Source: Octopus bimaculoides | Lineage: Eukaryota | Assembly (NCBI RefSeq): GCF_001194135.2 | Contig: NC_068994.1 | Location: forward strand, 201,440-265,439 | Reading direction: 5' to 3' | DNA length: 64,000 nucleotides | Made by a program: the position numbers and the translations under genes | The notes under the pieces: generated by a model | Database searches by the model: none | Seen by the model: the letters and a program-made list of their open reading frames with translations, nothing else | What the model was told of the DNA's origin: nothing | Shown here: piece after piece, positions 25,060 to 37,698 of the stretch | Position numbering within the stretch: the stretch's first letter is position 1 | Layout: the number at the start of each line of letters is the position of its first letter

Positions 25060-25335
25060 TATTGTTTAACCCAGAGTAAACTATGATCCAGAATGAGGAT
25101 CAAAGACGCTCTGACCGTGACTATGTACTCCTTTGCTCAGACATAAGATTACATTAGTTAGTGTCTCTCATTGTTGGTCAGCCTCAGATCAGTTCTGGTC
25201 AAATGATGATCTAACCTTCGCTTTCCAGGCATAGTCTATCTCAGACTACAATATCTAATATATCCATTTCGTCTTAAGATATTAAAGAGGGGTTTGTGAG
25301 AAATATAGCTGTATATCCTGGTGGTCAGGTATGGG
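25060..25335. mobile_element. SINE family C-related degenerate copy; further fragments at 8525-8630, 13530-13590, 23690-23810, 24310-24385, 42765-42950 and 53340-53480
   Basis: Recurrent TTGTTTAACCCCAGGTCA...GATCAAAGAC/GGCATTCCAGCCGTGAC and GAAATAGCAGCCAAA modules. Confidence 0.55.
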
Positions 25336-25543
25336 ATCTCGAACTATTAATCCTGATGAACGGAAGGTGAGAAGGAAATCAATCAATCCCGGCCACAGCG
25401 AAGGGCAGAGGAATTTCTAAGAAATTAAGGGTCAGCAGAGAAATGTATAAAGGGCAGTGAACATTGAGGCGGTGGTGGAAGGGGACAAGTTGGTTGTAAT
25501 TAAGTTTTATATAGAAAAGACAGGGATGGAAATAGAAAGGAAA

Positions 25544-25577
<34 letters not shown>

Positions 25578-25766
25578 TTGAAAGTGTGTAAAAGAGAAAT
25601 AAGCAGCAGCGAGAGAGATAGAAAGAGAGAGACAGAGAGAGAGGGGGAGAAGCGAAATGAATTAATAAAAAGGGAGAAGAGAGGAGGAAAAAAGAAAGGG
25701 AGAAAAAAATGGTGAGAGAGAGAGAGAGAGAAAGAGATAGTAGGAGTGAGAAAGGGTGACATGAAA

Positions 25767-25841
<75 letters not shown>

Positions 25842-26264
25842 AGAAGAAGGAGTTTAGGAAGGTGTGAGATAATGGGGGGAAAGTAGGGGGTGAAGCAAGA
25901 ATGAAGGAGCCTTCAGTTAATTTTCTAAAGACGTAATGAAGATGTAACAAATAAGACTTTTTTTTATCTTCTTTTTCACCAGTTTTCCATTTTTCTCATC
26001 AATAACTCGTAAGACGTCCTGTTACCGCTGCCACATTGCTAACCACGCCTTGGAAGGCCTAGGGTGGTGACGGGGGGCAGGGCAGAGGCAAGGAGGCTCT
26101 TTCTCAAATTACTTCCAACTAAAATATCAACCATCATTAATAATAATTATTGAAAAATAAATCTATTTTGCCCACCACTCTGTACATCTTTATTATATAC
26201 ACACACACACACACCAGCACTGATTAGACATCTATTATACACCAGCAGATTTTATCTAGGTGTA

Positions 26265-26445
26265 GAGGGTGAGCTGGCAGACTCGCTAGTTCGCCGGACG
26301 AAAATGCTTCACGTATTTCGTCCGTCCTTACGTTCTGAGTACAAATTCCACCAAGGCCGACCTCGCTTTTCATCCTTTCGGGGGTCGATAAAATAAGGAC
26401 CTGTTGAGCACTGGAGATCGGTGTAATCGGCTTAACTACTCCTGA
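26265..26445 (+). mobile_element. SINE family A, near full length
   Basis: GGTGAGCTGGCAGACTCGCTAG...TTCTGAGTACAAATTCC...TTTTCATCCTTTCGGGGGTCGATAAAATAAGGACC...CACTGGAGATCGGTGTAATCG. The central part resembles the Meta-domain SINE segment (from memory). Confidence 0.88.
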
Positions 26446-26644
26446 GTAAGAGCATAAAAAAACTGCATCCCACTGCCAAGCCAGGTGGAGCCAGTGTGGC
26501 AGGGTAGGCTCGTCAAACCAGTATGATCCCACGCTCAAATTCATGGCCTTCACACCAGACCGTCAGATCATGATTGGTGGAGAGAACAAGCTGGGGCATT
26601 CGTCCTGCACGGAAGTGAAAATAGGCAGCCCAATCTAGTCCAAA

Positions 26645-27025
26645 GGCGCAGAAGTGGCTGTGTGGTGGTAAGAAGCTTGCTTCTCAAACGCCTGGTTTCG
26701 GGTTCAGTCCCACTGCATGTCACCTTGGGCAAGTGTCTGCTGCTATAGCCTCGGGCCGACCAAAGCTTTGCGAAAAGATTTGGTAGGAGGAAACTGAAAT
26801 ATGTCTGTGCGTTTGTCCCTTACCACCGCTTGACAACCGGTGTTGGTGTGTTTACTTCCCGGTAACTTACCCGTTTGGCAATAGTGACCGACGAAATATG
26901 TACCAGGCCTAAAAAAAAAAACAGAAATAAGTACTGAAGTCGATTCGTTCGACTAAAAGATTTTCAAGGTGGTGACCCAGCATGGCCACAGTTGAAGGAC
27001 TAAAACAAGTCAAAGAGATAAAAAA
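26645..27025 (+). mobile_element. SINE family B, full length
   Basis: GGCGCAGAAGTGGCTGTGTGGTAAGAAGC...GGGTTCAGTCCC...CACCTTGGGCAAGTGTC...CCAGCATGGCCACAGTTGAAGGACTAAAACAAGTCAAAGAGATAAAA. Confidence 0.9.
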
Positions 27026-27531
27026 TGTATATATATATATATACACACACACACGCGCACACACAGACTGTACTGTGTGCTTCTCACTTGTGTATATACT
27101 ACTACAACTGAATCAACCACCACAATTATCACCACTTCTACCACTATTGTGACTGCACTACTACCATCACTACCACCACTGCAACATCACCTCCCGCCCA
27201 CCAGCGCCAGCCACCACCACCACCACCACCAGTAACAGCCCCAGGTTTAACTCCAAAGTGATTTACTGTCCGTTGTAAGGTATCAATAATGTGACTAGTT
27301 ACCTCATTAGTTGGGATTGTATATCGCTGTTGTACGAGTGGGGGGGGACAGACACACACGCCCTATTGATCACCCCCCACCACTATCCCCTATTACGTAC
27401 AACCCCCACATGGATTGAATGTGTAGCGTGGCGGTGGGGACAGGGAGAAACTGCAGGGTTTGACTTTCGGGGGAGAATTTTGATAAGAAGCAGATGTATC
27501 AATATCTTCGCTAATAGAAAAATTGAATATT

Positions 27532-27572
<41 letters not shown>

Positions 27573-27633
27573 GAGTCTCTCTTTTGTCTTCATCTCACAC
27601 ACACACACACACACACACATGTATATTTATATA

Positions 27634-27679
<46 letters not shown>

Positions 27680-27686
27680 TGTATGA

Positions 27687-27743
<57 letters not shown>

Positions 27744-27750
27744 TGTATGA

Positions 27751-27799
<49 letters not shown>

Positions 27800-28650
27800 C
27801 GCACGCACATACATACAGACACATCAATATGCATATATATATGTACATATACACCTATGTGTGTGTGTGTATATATCAAATGTGTGTGTGCGTGTCTATC
27901 TATAAAGTTGTACTTCAGTATCAGATAGACAGACATGCTAAGTATGTATGTATGCATGTGTTGTATTACAATAAATGTGATTATTCGCAAATGGCTGGAA
28001 TATTTTGCTGAGGACGAGTTTTTGTAGCGAGTCAAGTATTTCGTTCGTTGGATGGAATTTTATATTCAAGAATAAGAGGTAAAACTATTTGTAAATAAGA
28101 AAAAGTGTAAATTATACTGAATGAGGGAGAGGGATAAGAATAGTAGGGGAGGGATTAGGGTAGGAGAGACGAGGAGAGACGACGAGAAAAGTGCAAGGCG
28201 AACTGAAATGTGATGCAGAAAATAAGGAGTTAATTTGGGGAGATGAAAGAAAGAAAAAAACTGAAAGAGAATAAGTTAGAGAGCCAGATTTGTGGAGAAA
28301 CTAGGGATTTAGGTGTATGGAGAAAAGTGAAAGGTTACAAATAATTTATATTGGGAAGGAATGTAAAAAGGAAAAGGTAAAATTTGAAAATTATGTAAGT
28401 ACCGCCATAATTATTGCTGTACTTAAATAATTTTGATTCTACTCGGGTGTTTATAGAATAGTTGTAATAATGACGTAATCAAACATGGAAAACTACAATA
28501 GTAGAAATAGGAGTCAGGAGGAGGTTTGTAATTTCTCATGTAATTCTCTGCAGGCTGATATAATTTTATGGACTGATGTTTTACTAATTTTGTATTGTAA
28601 TGTGATTCAATGTACGAGGAGACAGCGCTAAGGCAGCGATGTGTATGGAA

Positions 28651-28928
28651 ACAAACTTGTTACCAGTTCAGATATGCTTGAAGCATATTCGATCCCGTAA
28701 GAAAGTAGTTATCTCCTTTTCAGAGACCGGAAAAGCAGATGGATTTCTGTTGTTGAAGAGATAACACGTTCCCAACAGTCAGGTTAGATGGCGCTGCGAC
28801 CTAAATCCGTGTATTTACAGCTATTTATCTACATTCAGACATTTTCGCTCCGACGACGAAATGCAGTGCATAGCTTTCTTACGGATTCCAATATTCCTCG
28901 AGCATTTTTAAACTGGTAACAAGTTTGT
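28651..28928. mobile_element. MITE with long terminal inverted repeats (probably Tc1/mariner-type)
   Basis: ACAAACTTGTTACCAGTT (28651-28668) is the perfect reverse complement of 28911-28928. The match extends imperfectly to about 55 bp (ATGCT...ATATT...CCGTAAGAAAG). The right end is followed by ATA. Confidence 0.85.
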
Positions 28929-29204
28929 ATATAAACAATGTATTGTAATGTGCTGTATAGGTCCCTTCTTGAAACAGATTTTAACATGAGTAAGTTGATA
29001 ATTAATGTGATTGTACGACAAACTATATTGTACTAAAACAAAGAATGGCTGACTCCTAGACATATGTTGTCAGGCTCACTCTGTTAACAAGAAACCCAAG
29101 GTGTCGGTCAGGATATATTGAATGAGAATTACATAATAATAATTTACACTCTACACTTGGCGATAATGATTACTCTTTGATTCGTTACCGTCAAGGGATG
29201 AATG

Positions 29205-29245
<41 letters not shown>

Positions 29246-29379
29246 GTGAGAGAGAGAGGGGGAGTGGGAGAAAGAGCCTAAATAGTTATGATTTAGATTT
29301 TTCATTGCAATACCCGTGAAGAAGCCATCATGAGAAATGATAAAACATTTGCGTGACCTAAATATTGGTAGCGACATTC

Positions 29380-29412
<33 letters not shown>

Positions 29413-30189
29413 TAAGGGAGTCAAAATTATGATGTCTTCATCGAAAGATGTAGCTAACATGTCTTGTGGACTGCACGTCAAGCTTGTGTGTGGATCGCAT
29501 CTGGATGACGACACTACAGAACGATAATAGTGCGGAGTGGAGGGTAATAATTTGCATTGGAACATGTCTAAGTGGCCTAAACAGAAAATTTACCGCTTAA
29601 ATATAAGAGTAAAGGATTGGAATCTGACCGCTGGGATAGAGCCCAGCTGATAGAATGTGGCACTGAAAGAGCCGTGTAAATACAAGCAGTAATGAAGCTA
29701 ATTGAGAGACCACTTCCGTTCTAAAAGAGACAAATGGAAGCCATTGGCGGTAAAGTTAAGTAAAAGGTTCTGCATGTCAGACAAAATCAAAGAGTTATTA
29801 ATATCAAAGACAAGAAAATTGATTTCGACGAATTTCTCAAGGGTGAACGTCATTGATGCGTATGATGGCGAAGATTGACAGAAAACACAGAAAGTGTGTG
29901 TGTGCGCGCATTCATACAAATGTATATGTGTGTATGTGTGCGAGCACGTATCTACACATTCATCCAAACGCCCGGGCATGTATGTAAGCGCCATTGATTG
30001 TATAGCTCCGTTGCGCGCGTGTGTATAATATGAGCGCGGGTGTATGTGTTTATGTATGTATTTCAATGTGTGTGCTTCGATCATTTTAACGAGTTATTCA
30101 GTGTTTCTATTACATCAATTAACTCAATATATGTTCAACATTGAGGAACTGGATTTAATTACTGACTACGGTTACCATATATTACAATC

Positions 30190-30234
<45 letters not shown>

Positions 30235-30550
30235 GCACGCACGCATACACACAAACATATATACCTATGTGAGTAGTGTGTCTGTATGCATATAGCTGTA
30301 TGCATACGGGTTTATAGATTTACAGATATATGTACACACACACACTCGCACGCACGCACGCACGCAGGCATGCACGCACGCACGCACNNNNNNNNNNCGC
30401 ACGCATACACACAAACATATATACCTATGTGAGTAGTGTGTCTGTATGCATATAGCTGTATGCATACGGGTTTATAGATTTACAGATATATGTACACACA
30501 CACACTCGCACGCACGCACGCACGCAGGCATGCACGCACGCACGCACGCG

Positions 30551-30588
<38 letters not shown>

Positions 30589-30639
30589 CACACACACACA
30601 GAGGTAAAGCAAATAATTCTGTGAAGTCTTTAAACTCAC

Positions 30640-30891
30640 AAAATGCCACCGAAAATATCGATAGAATCACATTTCTGTGGAAGACATCGCGTGATCAGCA
30701 GCTGTCCAAAAGTGTCATCAATGTACCATCTGCTATTGTGGCATAATGATATGACTAAAACAATACACAATACCATCTGCAATAATGTACTCCATATTGA
30801 ATACTTATATCAAAAGAAGAAATATTAGTGGGACATTCCCATCAGAATTTCTACCAAGTGCAAACATAACAAACCTGGTAGAGTTATTTGG
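30640..30891 (+). mobile_element. R4/Dong-clade LINE fragment (CCHC knuckle to start of RLE), degenerate
   Basis: ...VISSCPKVSSMYHLLLWHNDMTKTIHNTI...Y*WDIPIRISTKCKHNKPGRVIW parallels HSISSCPKMSSQYYLAMRHDVVARTLYN at 63715-63984 and the KPD RLE motif. Confidence 0.75.
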
Positions 30892-30973
30892 TACTATCTA
30901 TCCCCCACTTACAGTGGGAGATAGATAGTATTTTGACACAATATCCACTTACAGTGGATTTTGTGCCAAAATA
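30892..30973. repeat. Two adjacent near-perfect hairpins sharing the apex CCACTTACAGTGG
   Basis: Hairpin 1: 30892-30909 pairs with 30913-30930 (18 bp, 1 mismatch). Hairpin 2: 30929-30949 pairs with 30953-30973 (21 bp, 2 mismatches). Both have a TAC loop. Confidence 0.95.
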
Positions 30974-31137
30974 CAGAAAACTGCTTTATTTATCATAAGA
31001 GGGCCACTCTCTTCTCTTTGTCGCTGACGAGGGAGTCGACTGTTTTATCTCGCCCGCCAGCGATAAAAATACGAGTTATTTCATTCACTGCAAGTCCATA
31101 TGAAAGGTCCTCCCAAGATAAATAATGCAGTGTACTG
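30974..31137. mobile_element. pogo/Tigger-like MITE (imperfect palindrome)
   Basis: TA|CAGAAAACTGCTTTATTTATCATAAGAGGGCC pairs imperfectly with GGTCCTCCCAAGATAAATAATGCAGTGTACTG|TG. There is an inner IR TCGCTGACG / CGCCAGCGA. Confidence 0.7.
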
Positions 31138-31799
31138 TGTTCTAAGATAACATCCAGTTTAAATAGGGGACAGCTATTACTTTTTGATATTAATACTGTC
31201 TCTGTAGCTGTTAATTATAGTTATTTGGGACTGAAAATAAGTCACGATGAAGATTAGTCGTCCTGCAGTTGTGGACAGTTTTGAACGGGAAGGAGAATAT
31301 TTATGGACAACTGCTTCGAAGCCTGCAGCTCCGCTACCCTGATTATGAATTCAAATTATACCTGTAATTAGTGGCCCACTTGGTTATATTCACCAAGGAA
31401 ATGTTTAAGTGACAATCTAGAAAAAACCGAGGCTTTCAGGCGAATAAAGAGATCAGTTTTACAATACAATGTGAGAATGGGACGGTGAAAATATGCAAGA
31501 CTTTTAAAATTTTATGAAAACTCTAGCGGTGAAGCATCGTTTCTTTGTCAGACACCAACTCCTTCTTTTAGGAAGAATTCAAATAATTAAACGAAACATT
31601 GTGTGAATGCATGCAAACATAGATACATGTGTGTATGTATAAATATATAAAGACGTACATAATGTTTACAAAACGCATGCATACATAAATACAAACATAC
31701 ATTTATAAATATAAAACTGAAACATTCTGCAAAGAATTCTATCTACAGACAAGGAAGGATTTTAACAAGATACCCCCCCCCCTCTCCTGCTGAACGTTA

Positions 31800-32060
31800 C
31801 CGATGATATCAGTAAAGATAATAAAGAAAAGAAGTACCGGACTATCAATAGCTGTCTGTATATCAGCAGGAAAGGTGCTAATGAAATTACTCAACGTGTA
31901 CCACCCTAGGAGATAACAGAACTGGTAGAGTGTGTGCCACACAATCGGACATTCAAATATCAGTGTCATTGTAAGGTGTAAACTGGATAAGTTCACCTTC
32001 ACAAACAAACTACACCTTACGTCTTCCATAAGTTCAGCTTTACTAACCAATATATTGGCA
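31800..32060 (+). mobile_element. Degenerate RTE-type RT fragment
   Basis: KYRTI...ISAGKVLMKLLN resembles NYRGISLLSIAGKVL.KILLNRL. Downstream sequence is frameshifted. Confidence 0.4.
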
Positions 32061-32292
32061 GATTCTCTATTGTAAACATATGAGGCGATATTGATAACTT
32101 CGAAACAAAAGCTGACACTGAATGTAAAATTCCATTTTCAGGAAAGTCTTATTTGTGCAATCTTGGAAAATCTATTTAACTCATAAATGAGACCCTGACA
32201 AATGACACAACGGTTCCAGGTCAAAAGGGACATGAGAGTTATAGCAATTCAACGGTAACTCCATGCTCCTCACAGCTCCAGATTATAGATAT

Positions 32293-32668
32293 CGTTGCTA
32301 TTATGCAAAAGTGTCGTAAGTCCATAACGTTGCTTTTTTCAGAAAACGAAAAAATAGTTTCACCCTTCCACTTCTTTTTACGTTAGCAACAGTTTCAGCT
32401 TAACGATAATCCTTTGTTGGGTGCATAAAATCGTAACTCCATGAATGTATGATATTTTCAGTAAGAAATATTTTTGCAAAACTGTCATATGTGGGACTTG
32501 GTGCACTTTTGAAAAATGCTAAACCGTTCTACTACACTTTGACAATTTTCATATCTTGGCATCTGAAGCAGCTGAAGATACGATTGTCTGACCAAAAGAA
32601 CCGGCTATTGCAAGCAAAATTGAATATTGAAAAAAAAATTTTAAACGCAGTTGGCCAAATTTAGACAT
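32293..32668 (+). mobile_element. Non-autonomous DNA element (unclassified), copy 1; copy 2 at 61525-61747
   Basis: High-identity blocks CGTTGCTATTATGCAAAA...CAGAAAA and AAACCGTTCTACTACACTTTGACAATTTTCATATCTTGGCATC...GAACCGGCTATTGCAAGCAAAA are shared by both loci. Confidence 0.8.
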
Positions 32669-33686
32669 CACATATACAGGAACGCACACACACAAGCACG
32701 CGCATACGCGCACAAAACTGCACATATACCTCCACACACAACCCCTCATTCACACACATACCCGTCAAACTCTCTCCTTTCACCGAGCGTCAAGCTAATA
32801 CATTTCTTGTGAACGTCCTCATGTTGTCCGTTTTTATTTGATTTTTATTCGTTTATTTGAATTGACTATATATGTGTGTGTGTGTGTGTGTGTGTCCATA
32901 CATCTGCAAGCAGACACGCACACACAATGTGTGTATATGTGTGCATACTTATGTGTGTGTATGTACATAAAATAGATTCACATACATATAAACGTGTGTA
33001 TGTGTGTGTGAGAGAGAGAGAGAATTGCATTTATATTTGATATGTGCATCTGTTTTTGTGTCGATGAATACTTAAATGTATATGTGTGCGTGTGTGTGTG
33101 TGTTTAAAGAAATAGTCTATCTACATCATATTGTAGTTAAGCCAAAAATAATGTGATCACGTGACCAGAGATTTTATTTTTTCAGACTAAAAAATTATTT
33201 TGGCAATAATAAATTATTCACGAGTTGAGTTTGGCGGAAAGAAAAACAGATTTGTGGAGAAAAGGAAGAAAATTGTTCTTACAAACACGCACGTAAGCGC
33301 GCGCACACACACACACATCATTCTTTTTCCTCATTCTCTTATTATTATTATTATTATCATTATTATTATTAGTGCATTAATAGTGTTTCGTTTCGATGCT
33401 ATACGCAATATATACCCCTAGATTTTTAGCCAACAATGTATATATAGACAGAAGTAACACCTTGCCTGTACAGAGAAATCTTTGTGAAATGAAAAAGAAA
33501 GACCAATCGAACGACTTTCGGTTATGTGTTGAGATTACATCAGAAAGTGAATACCTTTTTTTTAACTGACAACTAAGTGTGTGTATAAAGGCCTGTATGA
33601 GAGAGAGAGATCGATTGGCCTGTGTAATGCATTCTTCACTGATAGTTATTAATTTAATGTGCATTAACAATATTTTGTTCTCACTC

Positions 33687-33803
<117 letters not shown>

Positions 33804-34469
33804 TCGTGTAACGTTAAAAAGCGGTGCAATGTACCAGAATTTTCGACTCGAATCAAATATAGCAAATTACTCCGAACCGCCGTTAGATTTGGCGTAAGTG
33901 GGTCGTGACTGGTTGGGTCCTGACCGTTTGGTTTGGACGGGCATCGAGTCATATAACCCGTAATAATAAAGTGAATACAAATAGGGATATTTTTGAAATT
34001 ATTTATTATGGGCGTTTCAGGTTTGCGTTATATATAATAGGAAATGTAGCCATTACGTAACCCTTCCTTAGTGACAGCAATTCAGAACATTACTATTTGG
34101 TAGATAAGTGTTTGTAGTGTGTGTGTGTGTGTATATGACGGTAAACCTTGAGTAGCATCAGAGGGAATCAACAACCCATTCTTTATTCCACGTTGTATTA
34201 GAGATTATATGCACGATGCAAACTTGTGTGCGCGCGCGTATTGGTGGGGTGCTATTACTTCTAGATCTCTGTCGTTCTACGATGAGAATTCAGTTTCGAG
34301 CCCTGAATTATCTGCCCTTGAATTAAAGTGCAATTGTTTATTTATATTATTATATATATCTGACTACACGACATAAGGCAGAAAAAGAAGGCCGATCGCA
34401 AGGGATTGGTTGTGAAGTGACTAAATGATTGCTGGCTTTCCGAGCAAGTTTTCTTTGGAGAGTTAATGG

Positions 34470-34700
34470 ATCCACCACAAGCCTATGAACAAATTTAAAG
34501 ATTGTTTAAAATCTGAGCTAAAAGACACTGGAATTGGAATTAAGAATTTGCAAGAATCGAGGAGAAAACTGTGCGACACGGAGATGGTTTGTGGTGGCAT
34601 AGAGAATGTCCCACTCGTAATGAAGGGTGGATGAAAGACGAACTGACCAAGACACAATATCGTACAAAATAATCGCCTTAGAAGTGGATCACCTGACCAC
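34470..34700 (+). mobile_element. RTE (BovB-like) LINE C-terminal remnant
   Basis: HKPMNKFKDCLKSELKDTGIGIKNLQE resembles the RTE KRFKD.LK..LK...I...WE motif. Confidence 0.45.
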
Positions 34701-35046
34701 ACGACCACACAAACGAAGCTGACGCCTCACACGTAATGATTACGTTTCTTTGATTTTACAGCTTTAACGATTGTATTGAGGATTATATCCTGCCTCCTAC
34801 AGATTTTGTGAAGACAGGAAGATGGAAACTGTCTAATTACTTTATCTGTTTAGTTGCAATACAGAGTTCATGATTCTGCACCATACAAGAATATAATCAA
34901 TACCTTTACTTTATACGAGAGAATCTTCGTTATTCTGCACCTACTTTTCAAATAGTCAGATCCATTAAACTTTTCTGTATCCTGGTCAACCAAATATCGA
35001 TATTTTGCCAACGATGACATTAGTACTTCCTTCGCTTTGTACAGCA

Positions 35047-35235
35047 ATGTTCTTTAATACACTGCACTGATCTACATAACACTGATCTACACAACACTGT
35101 TCTGTAATACACTGCACTGATCTACACAACACTGTTCTGTAATACACTGCACNNNNNNNNNNCTGTTCTGTAATACACTGCACTGATCTACACAACACTG
35201 TTCTGTAATACACTGCACTGATCTACACAACACTG
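35047..35235. repeat. 35-bp minisatellite (CTGTTCTGTAATACACTGCACTGATCTACACAACA), at least 5 copies with an internal 10-N gap
   Basis: Head-to-tail units with no spacers. Confidence 0.93.
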
Positions 35236-35790
35236 CTCGAGAAAAACACAGCGTTATTCTGTATATCACAACGCTAGTGTAAGATAAATTACCAGAAATC
35301 TTGTTAATTGTCGCGTAGAAAAGATTTCATTTCGACCAACGGACATCTATATATATTCGAAGAAGGACACTCTGCCGGACGATGGGAAGTAATCCAGCGC
35401 TAGGTTAGATGAAGCTACCACATGAAAATGATTTAAATGTTAGTCACGTGATCAGTAGCAAATCATTTAAATGTTTTCGGCCATACTGTCTCGGTATTAC
35501 TGGACTGTATACAAGCTTGACAGAGTTCAAGTTAAACACTCCACTTACCACACACACATACATACACGCATTCATTCATATACCCTTGCACTCACACACC
35601 ATACATACATACATACATAGGCTTGCACTCATTTACATACGTTTAATTTCAGATACACACACACACATACATACATACATACAAATAAATATAGATATAC
35701 ATTATTGCCATTCTCTGATCTCTCCCACCCCACCTCCGCTAAATTCTGTCTCCATTAACATACCCCACCTTAAAATAATAAATCCATCAA

Positions 35791-35857
<67 letters not shown>

Positions 35858-36865
35858 NNNNNNNNNNNNNNNNNNNNNNNNNNNNNNNNNNNNNNNNNNN
35901 NNNNNNNNNNNNNNNNNNNNNNNNNNNNNNNNNNNNNNNNNNNNNNNNNNNNNNNNNNNNNNNNNNNNNNNNNNNNNNNNNNNNNNNNNNNNNNNNNNNN
36001 NNNNNNNNNNNNNNNNNNNNNNNNNNNNNNNNNNNNNNNNNNNNNNNNNNNNNNNNNNNNNNNNNNNNNNNNNNNNNNNNNNNNNNNNNNNNNNNNNNNN
36101 NNNNNNNNNNNNNNNNNNNNNNNNNNNNNNNNNNNNNNNNNNNNNNNNNNNNNNNNNNNNNNNNNNNNNNNNNNNNNNNNNNNNNNNNNNNNNNNNNNNN
36201 NNNNNNNNNNNNNNNNNNNNNNNNNNNNNNNNNNNNNNNNNNNNNNNNNNNNNNNNNNNNNNNNNNNNNNNNNNNNNNNNNNNNNNNNNNNNNNNNNNNN
36301 NNNNNNNNNNNNNNNNNNNNNNNNNNNNNNNNNNNNNNNNNNNNNNNNNNNNNNNNNNNNNNNNNNNNNNNNNNNNNNNNNNNNNNNNNNNNNNNNNNNN
36401 NNNNNNNNNNNNNNNNNNNNNNNNNNNNNNNNNNNNNNNNNNNNNNNNNNNNNNNNNNNNNNNNNNNNNNNNNNNNNNNNNNNNNNNNNNNNNNNNNNNN
36501 NNNNNNNNNNNNNNNNNNNNNNNNNNNNNNNNNNNNNNNNNNNNNNNNNNNNNNNNNNNNNNNNNNNNNNNNNNNNNNNNNNNNNNNNNNNNNNNNNNNN
36601 NNNNNNNNNNNNNNNNNNNNNNNNNNNNNNNNNNNNNNNNNNNNNNNNNNNNNNNNNNNNNNNNNNNNNNNNNNNNNNNNNNNNNNNNNNNNNNNNNNNN
36701 NNNNNNNNNNNNNNNNNNNNNNNNNNNNNNNNNNNNNNNNNNNNNNNNNNNNNNNNNNNNNNNNNNNNNNNNNNNNNNNNNNNNNNNNNNNNNNNNNNNN
36801 NNNNNNNNNNNNNNNNNNNNNNNNNNNNNNNNNNNNTATATATATATATACATGTATATATATAT

Positions 36866-36917
<52 letters not shown>

Positions 36918-37626
36918 TATACACACACATAAACATATACTCACACTCAGTCACACACGCACATGTATATATTTACACATATATACAAGTACATACATTT
37001 ATACACATATATATACATACACATATACACACGGTGAAACGGACATATATATATATATATTTACCCCTTGGGCTAAATAGTCAAATGGAACAAGCGCTAT
37101 TTGCTCGTGACTCACCATTTTTTTTCTTTTCTTATAAGTTTTTTTTTTATTTATTACCATATTTATTCTATTTAAATGCCCGGATGGAGAGGAATTCTCT
37201 CGAACAACAATGGATGTGTTATATGTGTCTGTCTGTGTGTCAATTTACATACGTTATTAGCATATCGTTGCCGGTGGGGGCGGTGAGTGATGGCCATCAG
37301 TATAGTTCATGAGAATGATGGTAGTGCTGGTGGTGGTGATGCGGTGGGGGTGAGATGGACATGAGAGTTGTTCATGATGGAAGTAATGAAATCCATGATG
37401 ATGGTGATGGTGGTGGTGGTAGTAGTAGTGATGGTATGGTGGTAGTGGTGGTGACAGCAATGCTGGTGGTGGAGCAGATTTCTATTTTCATGAGTTTCAT
37501 ATCTTCATGTCAATCTTCATTACCGAAGGAAGTGTAGGAGGGTTGGTAGGTGTAGGGAGGAGTTGACATGGAAACGCACAAACTTACACCATAAACACAC
37601 ATTCACCGAGAACTATGCGAACGGGC

Positions 37627-37698
<72 letters not shown>

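Noticed and set aside
30238-30547. Exact 150-bp direct duplication around a 10-N gap
   Set aside because: Identical sequence on both sides of a minimal gap is typical of unmerged overlapping contig ends.
35047-35235. 35-bp repeat as a CRISPR array
   Set aside because: The units are head-to-tail with no unique spacers, there are no cas genes, and the context is eukaryotic.
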